From a virus: DNA of 35,857 bases. Below are positions 17,214-30,423 of the stretch, one piece after another. A program made the position numbers and the translations under genes. The stretch lies in UHGV virus genome UHGV-0063910; one strand, 5' to 3'. The stretch's first letter is position 1; the number at the start of each line of letters is the position of its first letter. Below the pieces are notes generated by a model that was not told the origin of the DNA, did not search any database, and worked only from the letters and a program-made list of their open reading frames with translations.

Positions 17214-18441
17214 CCTTTTGTTTGAGGATTGTCACTTTTGAATCAGCACCTGCGATGCTATTGAGATATGTAGTCCAGAGTTCCAGAGCATCCAGTTTTT
17301 TAGCCATAAACTTACTCCGGTTGTAAACACCTGCCACGCCAGGTAGCGCATGGCCTAACAGTTGTTCTACTACATAAAATTCAACACCGAGATCACTTAG
17401 ATGAGTAGATAGCGTTCTTCTAAGGTCGTGTAGTGACCATTGTTTTTCATGGCCCAAACGTTTACCGATTTTCCCCCCAATCTTGCTTACGCTTTCTCTA
17501 ATTCGCAGACTTCCCAGCACATAACCAGTATGTTTTGTCTCTTCGTGAACATCCGTTACCCACTGTCGTAGAATTTCAGGTACTGGTCTGACGATTTCAA
17601 CACCAGTTTTTGAGTGATCTTTTGGTACAGTCCAAACCCAACTTTCGAGATCCCATTCGCTCCATTCTGATAATCGGGCTTCACTCATTCGACATCCAAA
17701 TACTGTACAAAGCACAAACATTTTTCGCGTGTATTCAGACATTAGTTTTAAATCAGGCTCGACAAAAATTGCCTTCCAGAGCTGGCCGAGTTCGGCTTCA
17801 TCCAGAACCCGATCCCGCTTACCTGCAATCTGCCCCACATCACTCATGCGCAAATCCTTTAAAGCATCACACGTCGCGTACTGGCGTACCCGACAAAAAC
17901 GAAGAGCTAATTTAGTGTCAGAAAAAACATACGCCGCCATAACTGGTGCATTACGTTTAATTCGGTCAAAACAGTCCAGCCATTCATATAGGTGAGTGTC
18001 ATTTACGGGCAAATGACCGATATAGGGAAAGATATGCTTTCGAAATCTGCCAAGCGTTACAGCATGAGTTTTACGACGCACCTTACAGTAATTTTCATAC
18101 CAGTAATTTAGTGCATCCTCCACTGTGACCGGCTTTAAGCGTTCTTCAGCCTGAATCTTAATCTGGATACGCGGATCACGTTTGTCAGCCAACCAACCAC
18201 GGCACTCGTCGCGCTTTTCCCTTGCCTGTTTGAGTGACATATCAGGATATTTACCCAACGTTAGCCAGACCGGAGCAGCCCGGCCACCTGCTAACCTGTA
18301 GAAGAAAACAAAGCTTACAGCCCCTTTAGTACTCACACGAATAGAAAGCCCCTTTCCATCAGCAATGGTGATCTGCTTTTCTCTGGGTTTCCCCAGATAT
18401 CCTTTAAGCGCTTTGTCGCTCAGTTTGTTCTCGCCAGCCAT
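17206..18441 (-). CDS. int: Tyrosine integrase (P4-type)
   Basis: C-terminal catalytic region with HDLRRT...LGH...Y residues; sits next to the right repeat. Start placed at ATG 18439-18441 (MAGENKLSDK...); the track ORF extends to 18492. Confidence 0.85.
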   Translation of the reverse strand: MAGENKLSDKALKGYLGKPREKQITIADGKGLSIRVSTKGAVSFVFFYRLAGGRAAPVWLTLGKYPDMSLKQAREKRDECRGWLADKRDPRIQIKIQAEERLKPVTVEDALNYWYENYCKVRRKTHAVTLGRFRKHIFPYIGHLPVNDTHLYEWLDCFDRIKRNAPVMAAYVFSDTKLALRFCRVRQYATCDALKDLRMSDVGQIAGKRDRVLDEAELGQLWKAIFVEPDLKLMSEYTRKMFVLCTVFGCRMSEARLSEWSEWDLESWVWTVPKDHSKTGVEIVRPVPEILRQWVTDVHEETKHTGYVLGSLRIRESVSKIGGKIGKRLGHEKQWSLHDLRRTLSTHLSDLGVEFYVVEQLLGHALPGVAGVYNRSKFMAKKLDALELWTTYLNSIAGADSKVTILKQKVG

Positions 18442-18605
18442 TTTTAGCCCCAAAAAGCAATACAAGCTGCAATACAGAGATGATTGCAACACACAGATAA
18501 CGAGGAAAATTCAGTGAAAGCACCAGATAAACTTATTCTTTATTATCAAAAGATTAAGTGTAAAAACCAGCAACTACACGAAAGCCTCAGAAAGCCATGC
18601 TAAGT

Positions 18606-18615
18606 GCTTGGGTTT
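18606..18615. repeat. Right copy of 10-bp direct repeat TGCTTGGGTT (putative attR core)
   Basis: Identical to 7480..7489; lies inside the codons KPKH of the E 5' fragment. Confidence 0.8.
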
Positions 18616-18849
18616 GACATAACCCGGCGTAAATTCAGAGGTGGAGCCGCCACGGGATCGGATAACCTCACCGGAAACAATCGGCGAAACGTACAGCGCC
18701 ATGTTTACCAGTCCCGGAATTTGTGAGAGATAGACTTTTTCCGTGGTGAAAGGATAGGTTTCACGGAAAAACAGGCGCAGAAACAGCGGATCGAACTTAA
18801 AGTGATGCTGGGTCGATGCCAGTAATTCTGCAGTTGTATATACAGACAT
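18606..18849 (-). pseudogene. E: Major capsid protein E, 5' portion (codons 1-~82), reads into island DNA
   Basis: MSVYTTAELLASTQHHFKFDPLFLRLFFRETYPFTTEKVYLSQIPGLVNMALYVSPIVSGEVIRSRGGSTSEFTPGYVKPKH matches the lambda gpE N-terminus, then continues as LAWLSEAFV-stop in island sequence (track ORF ends at 18574). Confidence 0.9.
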
Positions 18850-18904
18850 AAATTATTTCCATAAAAAAAGCCGCACAGGCGGCCTTTGTTGATGAAGGGG
18901 AAGA

Positions 18905-19237
18905 TTAAACGATGCTGATTGCCGTTCCGGCAAACGCGGTCCGTTTTTTCGTCTCGTCGCTGGCAGCCTCCGGCCAGAGCACATCCTCATAACGGAACGA
19001 GCCGGACTTGTAGAACGTCAGTGTGGTGCTGGTCTGGTCAGCAGCAACCGCAAGAATGCCAACGGCTGCACCGTCGGTGGTGCCATCCCACACAACCAGC
19101 TTACGGATAGTGCCATCCAGCATCAGTGGGGTCATTGCAGGCGTTTTCGCACTCAATCCGCCAGGCGCAATTGCTGTATGAGCTGGATCACTGTTACCCA
19201 GCGGCTGGTAATGGTTAAACTCTTCTTTTGTCGCCAT
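18905..19237 (-). CDS. D: Head decoration protein D
   Basis: 110-aa ORF ...[30 protein letters not shown]... matches lambda gpD. Confidence 0.9.
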   Translation of the reverse strand: MATKEEFNHYQPLGNSDPAHTAIAPGGLSAKTPAMTPLMLDGTIRKLVVWDGTTDGAAVGILAVAADQTSTTLTFYKSGSFRYEDVLWPEAASDETKKRTAFAGTAISIV

Positions 19238-19246
19238 AACTGCCTC

Positions 19247-19654
19247 TTATACCGGTAAAGCTTCAGGTGTATTAAGTAATTCTTTATTGGTATCAGATGC
19301 CAGGTTACCTGCAGCCAGCGGTGCCGGTGCACCCTGCATCAGACGATCCAGCGCAGTGTCACTGCGCGCCTGTGCACTCTGTGGTGCTGCGGCCAGAATG
19401 CGGCGGGCCGTTTCCACGGTCATTCCGGGGGTTTCTGCCAGAACGCGCGCCTGTTCTTCGCGTCCGTGAGCCTCCTCACAGTTGAGGATCCCCATAATGC
19501 GGCTGTTTTCTGCCGCAACCGCTGCGGTGATCTGTGCGTTCACATCCGGCTGCGCCGCGCTGGCGTTTTCGCCCTCCTTCGCAGGCTCCACGGTGGTGAT
19601 GTCAGCCTGCGAAGCAGTGGCTGAAACAGTTGTTGATTGAGTCTCTTTGGTCAT
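19247..19654 (-). CDS. Nu3: Scaffolding protein Nu3 (in-frame internal start within C)
   Basis: Internal ATG at 19652-19654 begins MTKETQSTTVSATASQAD..., as lambda Nu3, sharing the C-terminus of C. Confidence 0.75.
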   Translation of the reverse strand: MTKETQSTTVSATASQADITTVEPAKEGENASAAQPDVNAQITAAVAAENSRIMGILNCEEAHGREEQARVLAETPGMTVETARRILAAAPQSAQARSDTALDRLMQGAPAPLAAGNLASDTNKELLNTPEALPV

Positions 19655-20558
19655 TCGCCCTCCTGAGAGACGGGATTTACGTGCATCCAGTGCATCACGC
19701 ATGACGGTGATCGCATCGCTGCTGTTAACAAGTTCATCAGCCAGTCCGGCATCAATGGCCTCCTGACCGCTGTACACTGCAGCCTCGGTATCCAGCACAG
19801 CCTGCACAGACAGGCCGGTATATGCCGACACCTTCTGCGCAAACATCTGGCGGGTTGCGTCCATCCGGGACTGCAGTGTCTCCCGGACGTCATCCGGAAG
19901 ATGGCTGTAGGGATTGCCATCCACCTTATGGCTGCCGCTGTAAATCAGCGTGATTTCCACACCCTGTTTCTCCAGGACAGCACCGTAATTACTGTGAGCC
20001 ATCATGACGCCGATGGAGCCTGTCCGGGCGGTCTGCGTGACCAGACGCCGGGAGGCGGCACTGGCAAGCAGCTGACCTGCACTGCAGTTCATGTCGTTGG
20101 CCAGCGCCCATACCGGTTTTATGTCACGCACACGGGCGATGATGTCAGCGCAGTCAAATGCCCCCGCCACCATTCCGCCTGGCGTGTCCATATCGAGCAG
20201 AATGCCGTCCACCATCGGGTCGCTGGCAGCCTGTTGCAGACGGGCGATAATGCCGTTGTAACCGGTCATCCCCGAGTACGGCTGCAGCGCCCGCGTCCGG
20301 CTGACCAGCGTGCCGGACACCGGCAGCACGGCGATGCCGTTCATGACCTGATAACTCCGGGCCTGTCGTGGTCCGTCATCATCACCGGATAATGCCAGCG
20401 TCGCGAGTGCCTCCTGGGCAGTCAGGCTGTCGCCGGACACCGCATCCGTCAGGCGGCTGATCCCAAGCTGGCCTGCAAGCGCACAAAAGAAAACCCGCGC
20501 ATAGGCGGGTTCAAGCATCAGCGGCTCATTAAAGGCCATGCTGGCAATATGCGGGAGA

Positions 20559-20578
<20 letters not shown>
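19247..20578 (-). CDS. C: Head maturation protease / scaffold C (ClpP-like), GTG start
   Basis: Sequence from TAELRNLPHIASMAFNEPLMLEPAYARVFF... matches lambda gpC; GTG at 20576-20578 with GGAGGAG RBS. The track ORF extends upstream into B. Confidence 0.85.
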
Positions 20579-24259
<3,681 letters not shown>

Positions 24260-24285
<26 letters not shown>

Positions 24286-24805
24286 TCAGCAACCCCAGTA
24301 TCAGTTCATCCAGCGCGGCTGCTTTGTTCATGGCTTTGATGATATCCCGTTTCAGGAAATCAACATGTCGGTTTTCCAGTTCCGGAAAACGCCGCTGCAC
24401 CGACAGGGGGATCCCGTCGAGAATACTGGCAATTTCACCTGCGATCCGCGACAACACGAAAGTACAGAATGCGGTTTCCACCACTTCAGCGGAGTCTCTG
24501 GCATTCTTCAGTTCCTGTGCGTCGGCCTGCGCACGCGTAAGTCGATGGCGTTCGTACTCAATAGTCCCTGGCTGGAGATCTGCCTCGCTGGCCTGCCGCA
24601 GTTCTTCAACCTCCCGGCGCAGCTTTTCGTTCTCAATTTCAGCATCCCTTTCGGCATACCATTTTATGACGGCGGCAGAGTCATAAAGCACCTCATTACC
24701 CTTCCCACCACCTCGCAGAACGGGCATTCCCTGCTCCTGCCAGTTCTGAATGGTACGGATACTCGCACCGAAAATGTCAGCCAGCTGCTTTTTGTTGACT
24801 TCCAT
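24260..24805 (-). CDS. Nu1: Terminase small subunit Nu1
   Basis: 181-aa ORF MEVNKKQLADIFGASIRTIQNWQEQGMPVLRGGGKGNEVLYDSAAVIKWYAERD... essentially the lambda Nu1 sequence. Confidence 0.95.
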
Positions 24806-24827
24806 TGTTCATTCCACGGACAAAAAC

Positions 24828-25037
24828 AGAGAAAGGAAACGACAGAGGCTAAAAAGCCCGTTTTCAGCACCTGTCGTTTCCTTTCTTTTCAGGGGGTGTT
24901 TTAAATAAAAACATTAGGTTACGGCGAAGAAGAACGGAAACGCCTTAAACCGGAAAATTTTCATAAATAGCGAAAACCCGCGAGGTCGCCGCCCCGTAAC
25001 GGTCTGGATCACCGGAAAGGACCCGCCAACGACTTTC
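24828..25037. other. Prophage cos site (cosB R elements, cosN with 12-nt cohesive end AGGTCGCCGCCC at 24983..24994, cosQ side)
   Basis: Reverse complement contains GGGCGGCGACCTCGCGGGTTTTCGCTATTTATGAAAATTTTCCGGTTTAAGGCGTTTCCGTTCTTCTTCGCCGTAAC, matching the lambda left end/cos as recalled. Confidence 0.9.
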
Positions 25038-25217
25038 GCGTGCAGGCATTAAAAATTTTGCAGTTCCATGCCTAGTTGAAACCTCGATTTCTATAACATC
25101 CAATTTTGTAAATTTAGATATAGCTCAACTTTTCCCAATGTTTTCAAGTGTATAAAAACAATTGGCGTTACGCCATAACACTATACTTAGGATAAGTAAA
25201 GATTTTAAGGAGTTTTA

Positions 25218-26285
25218 ATGAGTCAACATCAATATTATCCACAGCTGAAATGGAAGCCTGCTGAATATGAATCTCTGATGCTTTTAGATCAAACTACGCT
25301 CTCTGGTTTTACTCCGATCATTACCATTCCAGACATAGACTGGGATTATGAAAACGAATGCTACAAGAAGAGTTTGAGTTCTTACTTATCTGACTTCGGT
25401 ATTAACCTTGCGGCATCCTGGAAAGCCAATCGTCCTGTTTTGCTGGATGTTAAATATTTAGATAAACATGGTTCGAGCCGCCATCATCCTCTAGATATGT
25501 GTATCCAAGATGCTAGAGTAAATGGTAAGGAAATTATCCCTGTTGTTTCTCCCGCATATTCAACAAACTATATACATGCTGTTCAACGCAACTTAATCAA
25601 TGGGCTCGCTATATCTATCACCCCCCAGACATGGCACCAATTCACAAGTCTGGTTAACCACTTAAATATTCATCCTAGTTTAATTGATGTAATCATTGAT
25701 TTTGGAGATATTCAAAACGCAACTGATAGTTTAAAACAACAAGCATTAAGCATGGTCAACACATTATCAGGCCAAGCTCCGTGGAGAAACTTGATTTTAT
25801 CTTCAACCGCATACCCGGCATCACAGGCAGGGATACCGCAACATCAAGTTCATCATATTCCGCGCCATGAATACGATCTTTGGATGTACGTAGTACAGAA
25901 TTTTAGCAATGGAAGAACGCCAAGTTTTAGTGATTATCCCACCGCTAGCTCTACCATTACGAGCGTAGACCCACGCTTCATGTCTCAGTATGTCTCAGTG
26001 AGATATTCGAACGATACCTCATGGATCTTTGTAAAAGGTACCGCAGTTAAAGGAAATGGATGGGGCCAAACTAAAAACTTATGTACTACCCTTGTTAGTT
26101 CGCCAGAGTATCAAGTCTTTGGCTCCAAATTTAGTTGGGGGGATGATTACATTTACCAAAGATCATTAGGCGCTAACAAATCTGGCGGCTCTAAAGAATG
26201 GCGTAAAGTTGCACATACGCACCATATTACGTTAGTCGTGAGACAGCTTTATTGGTTGGCGCAGACTCAGCCTGCCAAGCCTTAA
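25218..26285 (+). CDS. Hypothetical protein (355 aa), AT-rich cargo gene next to cos
   Basis: ATG with TAAGGAG RBS. Opposite strand to the phage late genes, in the position lambda uses for bor-type accessory genes. No family recognised with confidence. Confidence 0.6.
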   Translation: MSQHQYYPQLKWKPAEYESLMLLDQTTLSGFTPIITIPDIDWDYENECYKKSLSSYLSDFGINLAASWKANRPVLLDVKYLDKHGSSRHHPLDMCIQDARVNGKEIIPVVSPAYSTNYIHAVQRNLINGLAISITPQTWHQFTSLVNHLNIHPSLIDVIIDFGDIQNATDSLKQQALSMVNTLSGQAPWRNLILSSTAYPASQAGIPQHQVHHIPRHEYDLWMYVVQNFSNGRTPSFSDYPTASSTITSVDPRFMSQYVSVRYSNDTSWIFVKGTAVKGNGWGQTKNLCTTLVSSPEYQVFGSKFSWGDDYIYQRSLGANKSGGSKEWRKVAHTHHITLVVRQLYWLAQTQPAKP

Positions 26286-26847
26286 CTTTCCAGCCTACGC
26301 GTTTCTTTAAGGCTGTTCTGACTTCAAGCCTGAGATTCGCTATTGGAATATTTTCCGCAATAATATTCCATAACTCAAATCGGGGCTTGCTTTTTATTCC
26401 TTTGGAATAGCCCCATCGTTCAAGTACGTCGATACATTCATCTTTCCAAAGCAATTGAGCGAGCATCAATGTGTCATGGTTTCGATTAAGCTTTTCTCCA
26501 CGCATGTGCTTTATAAGAATGGCGCCTTTTGGCCCAACAGAAACCGTTTTAACGCCCCACCAACCTGGGATTAACTTTAATGCTCCCTCAAGGTGTTTCT
26601 CAGCTACGACAAGAGTAACCTTGTCCATTACAGAAGAATAATGCTTGATTTGAAGAGGCAAACGCTCCAAAGAGTCATATTCACTTTTGAGCTCGTACCC
26701 GTGTATAACACCATTTATTACAGCAATGTCTGCTCTACTGGCGCCAAGGGATATGGAAAATTCATCGACCACAAGGCAGTCTGGATCTAAATGCGATTCT
26801 TTCAAAAGCTTATGATGCACCGCGAACCTAACATCTTGATCTTTCAT
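26227..26847 (-). CDS. Hypothetical protein (206 aa) with possible PD-(D/E)xK nuclease-like motif, AT-rich cargo gene
   Basis: ATG with AAGGAG RBS; segment VVDEFSISLGASRADIAVINGVIHGYELK has the D...(E)xK spacing of restriction-endonuclease-like folds. Its 3' end overlaps the 355-aa gene convergently by 59 bp. Confidence 0.55.
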   Translation of the reverse strand: MKDQDVRFAVHHKLLKESHLDPDCLVVDEFSISLGASRADIAVINGVIHGYELKSEYDSLERLPLQIKHYSSVMDKVTLVVAEKHLEGALKLIPGWWGVKTVSVGPKGAILIKHMRGEKLNRNHDTLMLAQLLWKDECIDVLERWGYSKGIKSKPRFELWNIIAENIPIANLRLEVRTALKKRVGWKVKAWQAESAPTNKAVSRLT

Positions 26848-27263
26848 GACTTCTCCTTACTCCCTCCGTTATTGAATTATAGCGCACTGCATTTTACTGC
26901 ATTTGAGAGATTTGACCACTTCAATCACAAAATGCTTATCTGCAGCAACAAGATTCATAGCCATACGACTATGGTGATTACCTTTTGTCTGGAAAACTGA
27001 CCATTCCACGAAGATCAGATAGGTCTATAGAATCTTGGTTTGTCATAGCGTTCGCCTTACTTTGAGATGAACCTTTGCTGCATAGGAGATCAGCCCGTCA
27101 AGGCTCACCAGCACTAACTGACTACTCAAAGGCTCATTCCAAAGGGTTTGGTTCGACGTGGTTGAGTGCGCTCCGGTGCGCGGTGAAATACCTGTACAAA
27201 AATGCCCCGCATCTGCGAGGCATTTTCCTGAAAGTCACGTATAAAATTTCAGTGAAATTAAAA

Positions 27264-27701
27264 TTATTTTAAGCACTGCGTCCTGATGTATTCCTGCAGG
27301 TAGTTAACCTGCGCGGTTATCCTGTCGATTCCACTTCGGAGACGGTAATAATTGAGTTCAGCATCTGCTGTAAGTCTTGGGCTTTCTCCATCGCCCATGC
27401 TGCTGGCTCCGGTCGTTGACTTTGCACAGGTGGCGGAGACTTGCAGGCGCTTACGACCAACAGAAACATCAGCACGGAGACTTTCGATAGTCGCGTTAGC
27501 ATCAGCAAGCTCCTTTGTGTATCTGGCGTCGAGTTCTGCTACATCACGTTGACGCTTCTGCATGTCAGCGATTGTGGATGTGGCTTTATCGCGCTGCTCT
27601 TTGTAGGCGATGGCGTTATCACGGTAATGATTAACAGCCCATGACAGGCAGACGATGATGCAGATAACCAGAGCGGAGATAATCGCGGTTACTCTGCTCA
27701 T
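27264..27701 (-). CDS. Rz: Spanin inner-membrane subunit Rz
   Basis: 145-aa [40 protein letters not shown]... matches lambda Rz. Confidence 0.9.
   Translation of the reverse strand: MSRVTAIISALVICIIVCLSWAVNHYRDNAIAYKEQRDKATSTIADMQKRQRDVAELDARYTKELADANATIESLRADVSVGRKRLQVSATCAKSTTGASSMGDGESPRLTADAELNYYRLRSGIDRITAQVNYLQEYIRTQCLK
27317..27508 (-). CDS. Rz1: Spanin outer-membrane lipoprotein Rz1 (embedded in +1 frame within Rz)
   Basis: Embedded ORF with lipobox LVVSAC followed by a Pro-rich segment (SPPPVQ). True start may be an internal Met. Confidence 0.6.
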   Translation of the reverse strand: MLMLTRLSKVSVLMFLLVVSACKSPPPVQSQRPEPAAWAMEKAQDLQQMLNSIITVSEVESTG

Positions 27702-28174
27702 ACCTCAATCTCTCTGACCGTTCCGCCAGCTTCTTTGAATTTTGCAATCAGGCTGTCAGCCTTATGCTCGAACTGACCATAACCAGCCCCCGGCAGTGAA
27801 GCCCAGATATTGCTGCAACGGTCGATAGCCTGACGAATATCACCGCGATCAATCATCGGTAAAGCGCCACGCTCCTTAATCTGCTGCAGTGCAACAGCGT
27901 CCTGGCTTTTTGGAGAGAAGTCTTTCAGGCCAAGCTGCTTACGATAGGAATCCCACCAACGGGAAAGAAGCTGGTAGCGCCCGGCTGCTGTTGATTTGAG
28001 TTTTGGGTTTAGCGTGACAAGTTTGCGAGGGTGATCGGAGTAATCAGTAAATAGCTCTCCGCCTACAATGACGTCATAACCATGATTTCTGGTTTTCTGC
28101 CGTCCGTTATCCGTTCCTTCTGACCATGCCACCATATCGAGGAAAGCTTTACGCTGAGGATTAAGATTTTGCAT
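27698..28174 (-). CDS. R: Endolysin R (lytic transglycosylase)
   Basis: 158-aa ORF ...[47 protein letters not shown]... matches lambda gpR. Confidence 0.9.
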   Translation of the reverse strand: MQNLNPQRKAFLDMVAWSEGTDNGRQKTRNHGYDVIVGGELFTDYSDHPRKLVTLNPKLKSTAAGRYQLLSRWWDSYRKQLGLKDFSPKSQDAVALQQIKERGALPMIDRGDIRQAIDRCSNIWASLPGAGYGQFEHKADSLIAKFKEAGGTVREIEV

Positions 28175-28478
28175 TTTTCACCCCTGTCAGTCGTTCCCAG
28201 AAGTACGTCAGTGCAACCGAACCCATCGCACCACTAATCCCCGCTGTCGCGAGAATCATGTAAATACTGAATCCACTTTCGATGCTGATCAGGCCACCAA
28301 TAACACCGGTGAATCCTGATACCACTATCTGAGCCAGAGCATTTATCCAACTCCACGTTGCTTTACTCTGCTTCACATCTATCAGGTAGCGGACTAGACC
28401 GCCCCAACCTGCGATGATCAGCAAAACGAGCCAGAACGCTCCGGCAAGGCTCTCTTTTTCGTGCATATGAATAGCCAA
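28161..28478 (-). CDS. S: Holin (non-lambda-S sequence type)
   Basis: 105-aa hydrophobic ORF with 2-3 TM segments and a charged C-terminus, immediately upstream of and overlapping R; sequence differs from lambda S. Confidence 0.7.
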   Translation of the reverse strand: MAIHMHEKESLAGAFWLVLLIIAGWGGLVRYLIDVKQSKATWSWINALAQIVVSGFTGVIGGLISIESGFSIYMILATAGISGAMGSVALTYFWERLTGVKNAKS

Positions 28479-28581
28479 TGTTTCGCCGCCGACAAAAGGC
28501 CGGGACGTTAAATGTCAGAAATCAGGCTCACGGGGTAATTTAACGACAAAGCACGGAGTTGATGCTCCCCGCAAGCCTGGA

Positions 28582-28606
28582 ATAAAAAAGCCAGCATGTA
28601 GCTGGC
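28582..28606 (-). terminator. tR'-like intrinsic terminator of the short late leader (6S-like) transcript
   Basis: On the minus strand gccagc-tacat-gctggc followed by tttttt, between the Q stop and the holin start. Confidence 0.55.
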
Positions 28607-28787
28607 AACAGAGGGTTAAGCAATATCAACTCAACAGCTGAAGACACCCTGGCTGGGGTACGTTGGAAGGATACTCACCGCCCAGAAACAGAAAAGCCCA
28701 AGGCTTTAAACCTCGAGCTTGAATTTGGATTACTGCCAGTGCGTACAATATTGGCAAAATATCAGATTTATATGAAATATATGCTTT

Positions 28788-29477
28788 TTAATCCAGTTTT
28801 GCAATATTTTGCTGTGAAAATGTCGCCTTTTGTTTTGAACGTGTTCTCGTTAGAAGCAATAAAGCTTCGCTATCAAGCTGTAGAAAAATGTGCTTCATTG
28901 CAACCCAGCGTTCAGTGAATGTCTCAGACCAGTTTTTTGATGTCACTCCCACCAGTGACGCCAGTTCCTGGTATTCATAAGCCTCACGCCCTGCCAGTTC
29001 GCTCTTCACATCCTGTGCCGCCAGCCAGATCAACTTCTTCAGGCGTTCCAGTGTCTTACCTGCAATTTTTCTGGTACCCAACAGAGTCTTAAACTCGCTC
29101 CATGCCCACTGCGTTATGGCAACCTGATGCTCCCAGCGAATATTTTCACTGTAACTCCACAGCAACCATGCTTTCTGATGCTCATCGAGAGACAGAACAG
29201 CGCGGCGCCATGAAGAGGTTGAAAACTCGACCGGACTGATCAGGGCGACAGATGAACCTTTTGCGTACGACTGTTTACCGGAAATCGGCGGATTATCCAG
29301 CATAATAATCTTGCCAGTTACCTCATCCAGAATGCGTCGCTTCTTTCGTTTGTATGTACCAGTATCAAATTGTGCATGCTCCAGCCAGGCTTCAAGCTGG
29401 CCTTTCGTTGCTCCGCTCAAGTCAGCGGTAGCCACCATGAGTTGCTCGCGGACATACTGTAAATATTGGGTATTCAT
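28788..29477 (-). CDS. Late-gene antiterminator Q-like protein (non-lambda type)
   Basis: 229-aa ORF in the canonical position between the nin region and the lysis genes; not similar to lambda Q. Assignment is mainly positional. Confidence 0.55.
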   Translation of the reverse strand: MNTQYLQYVREQLMVATADLSGATKGQLEAWLEHAQFDTGTYKRKKRRILDEVTGKIIMLDNPPISGKQSYAKGSSVALISPVEFSTSSWRRAVLSLDEHQKAWLLWSYSENIRWEHQVAITQWAWSEFKTLLGTRKIAGKTLERLKKLIWLAAQDVKSELAGREAYEYQELASLVGVTSKNWSETFTERWVAMKHIFLQLDSEALLLLTRTRSKQKATFSQQNIAKLD

Positions 29478-29614
29478 GCGGCAGCTCCTTTCAGTGTTTT
29501 GGCGTAATTCCTCAGTATTCGGTAATCGGTCAAAACAGAACCAGGAAAACGATATAAGCGCAGGCGCACCCAGCGGCGGCGAAGACGCTCTGCCATATAA
29601 GACTCAAACATCAT
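29474..29614 (-). CDS. ylcG: Small protein YlcG (46 aa)
   Basis: [46 protein letters not shown], between rusA and Q; both ends overlap neighbours (TGATG / ATGA). Matches the DLP12 ylcG product as recalled. Confidence 0.7.
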   Translation of the reverse strand: MMFESYMAERLRRRWVRLRLYRFPGSVLTDYRILRNYAKTLKGAAA

Positions 29615-29973
29615 TCATTCCCCAGTTCAGTGATGGTCAGTTCCAGCTTCCCACCTTTGGTAACAGGCATCTTCACAACGCGGTAATCAACGACCAGCTC
29701 ATCATCCAGCCAGAAACCTGCTTTAGTGAGTGCGTCAAAAGCGGCTTTTTGCAGATTATCCAGGTCACGGCGACGGCGATCCGGCATGTGGCACTCAATG
29801 CGGATTTTCACAGGCATAGCCAGACCGATATCCAGCATTGAGCCTTTAATGATTCGGGCGACGTTATCACGGTATGCCTGCCCTTCTGCGCTGATGTGCG
29901 TGCGCCCGCGATTATGGCGGTAATAGCGATTATTGCTCGGAGGCCAGGGTAATGTGATGCTGTAGGTATTCAC
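29611..29973 (-). CDS. rusA: Holliday junction resolvase RusA
   Basis: 120-aa [45 protein letters not shown]... near-identical to E. coli RusA as recalled. Confidence 0.95.
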   Translation of the reverse strand: MNTYSITLPWPPSNNRYYRHNRGRTHISAEGQAYRDNVARIIKGSMLDIGLAMPVKIRIECHMPDRRRRDLDNLQKAAFDALTKAGFWLDDELVVDYRVVKMPVTKGGKLELTITELGNE

Positions 29974-30260
29974 GCCTTAATAACCCCCTCTTTCAGCCAG
30001 ATAACCTGTGTTCTCGCCATACCTTCCAGCGCGCATTCTTTTGCATATGCAGCATCGACAAAATGTGTGCGGCGGTCGATTTCGTCGTGGCAGGCAGAAC
30101 ATGCAATGGTGGCAATCAGGTCTGGCGGTTTGGTACCGGTGCCGCACAATCCAGCCAGCCGGATATGTGCCAGTACTGACGTTTCAGAATTGCCATTACA
30201 TACGCCAGGGATTCTTACCTGGCATTCCCGACCACGCGCTGCTTTTCTCAAATCAGCCAT
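29970..30260 (-). CDS. ybcO: YbcO-like protein (DUF1364 family, putative nuclease)
   Basis: [65 protein letters not shown]... matches DLP12 YbcO; start at ATG 30258-30260 overlapping the ninE stop. Confidence 0.85.
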   Translation of the reverse strand: MADLRKAARGRECQVRIPGVCNGNSETSVLAHIRLAGLCGTGTKPPDLIATIACSACHDEIDRRTHFVDAAYAKECALEGMARTQVIWLKEGVIKA

Positions 30261-30423
30261 GATTCCTCCTTGCTGCCAGTCGCAACCATTTTTTATCAAC
30301 CAGGCTAGCGGTATATCCGAGCAGTGTTGGTATTTCGGATGGCTTCAGCTCAGGCTTACGCTTACGACGATTTGATACTCTGTAGATGTGTCCGTTCATG
30401 ACACGAATAAGCGGTGTAGCCAT
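30253..30423 (-). CDS. ninE: NinE-like protein (56 aa), not in the ORF track
   Basis: Manual translation gives [56 protein letters not shown]; overlaps the ybcN stop (TAATG) and the ybcO start. Confidence 0.7.
   Translation of the reverse strand: MATPLIRVMNGHIYRVSNRRKRKPELKPSEIPTLLGYTASLVDKKWLRLAARRNHG

Larger units (their letters stand above)
7490..18605. mobile_element. About 11.1 kb integrative satellite-like island (P4/PICI-like) inserted in prophage gene E
   Basis: Bounded by the 10-bp direct repeats, with a tyrosine integrase next to the right end. Contents: AlpA, primase-helicase, iteron origin, cos-like site, E-like and D-like capsid genes, AT-rich cargo. Together the two flanks reconstitute an intact lambda E. 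Confidence 0.8.
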
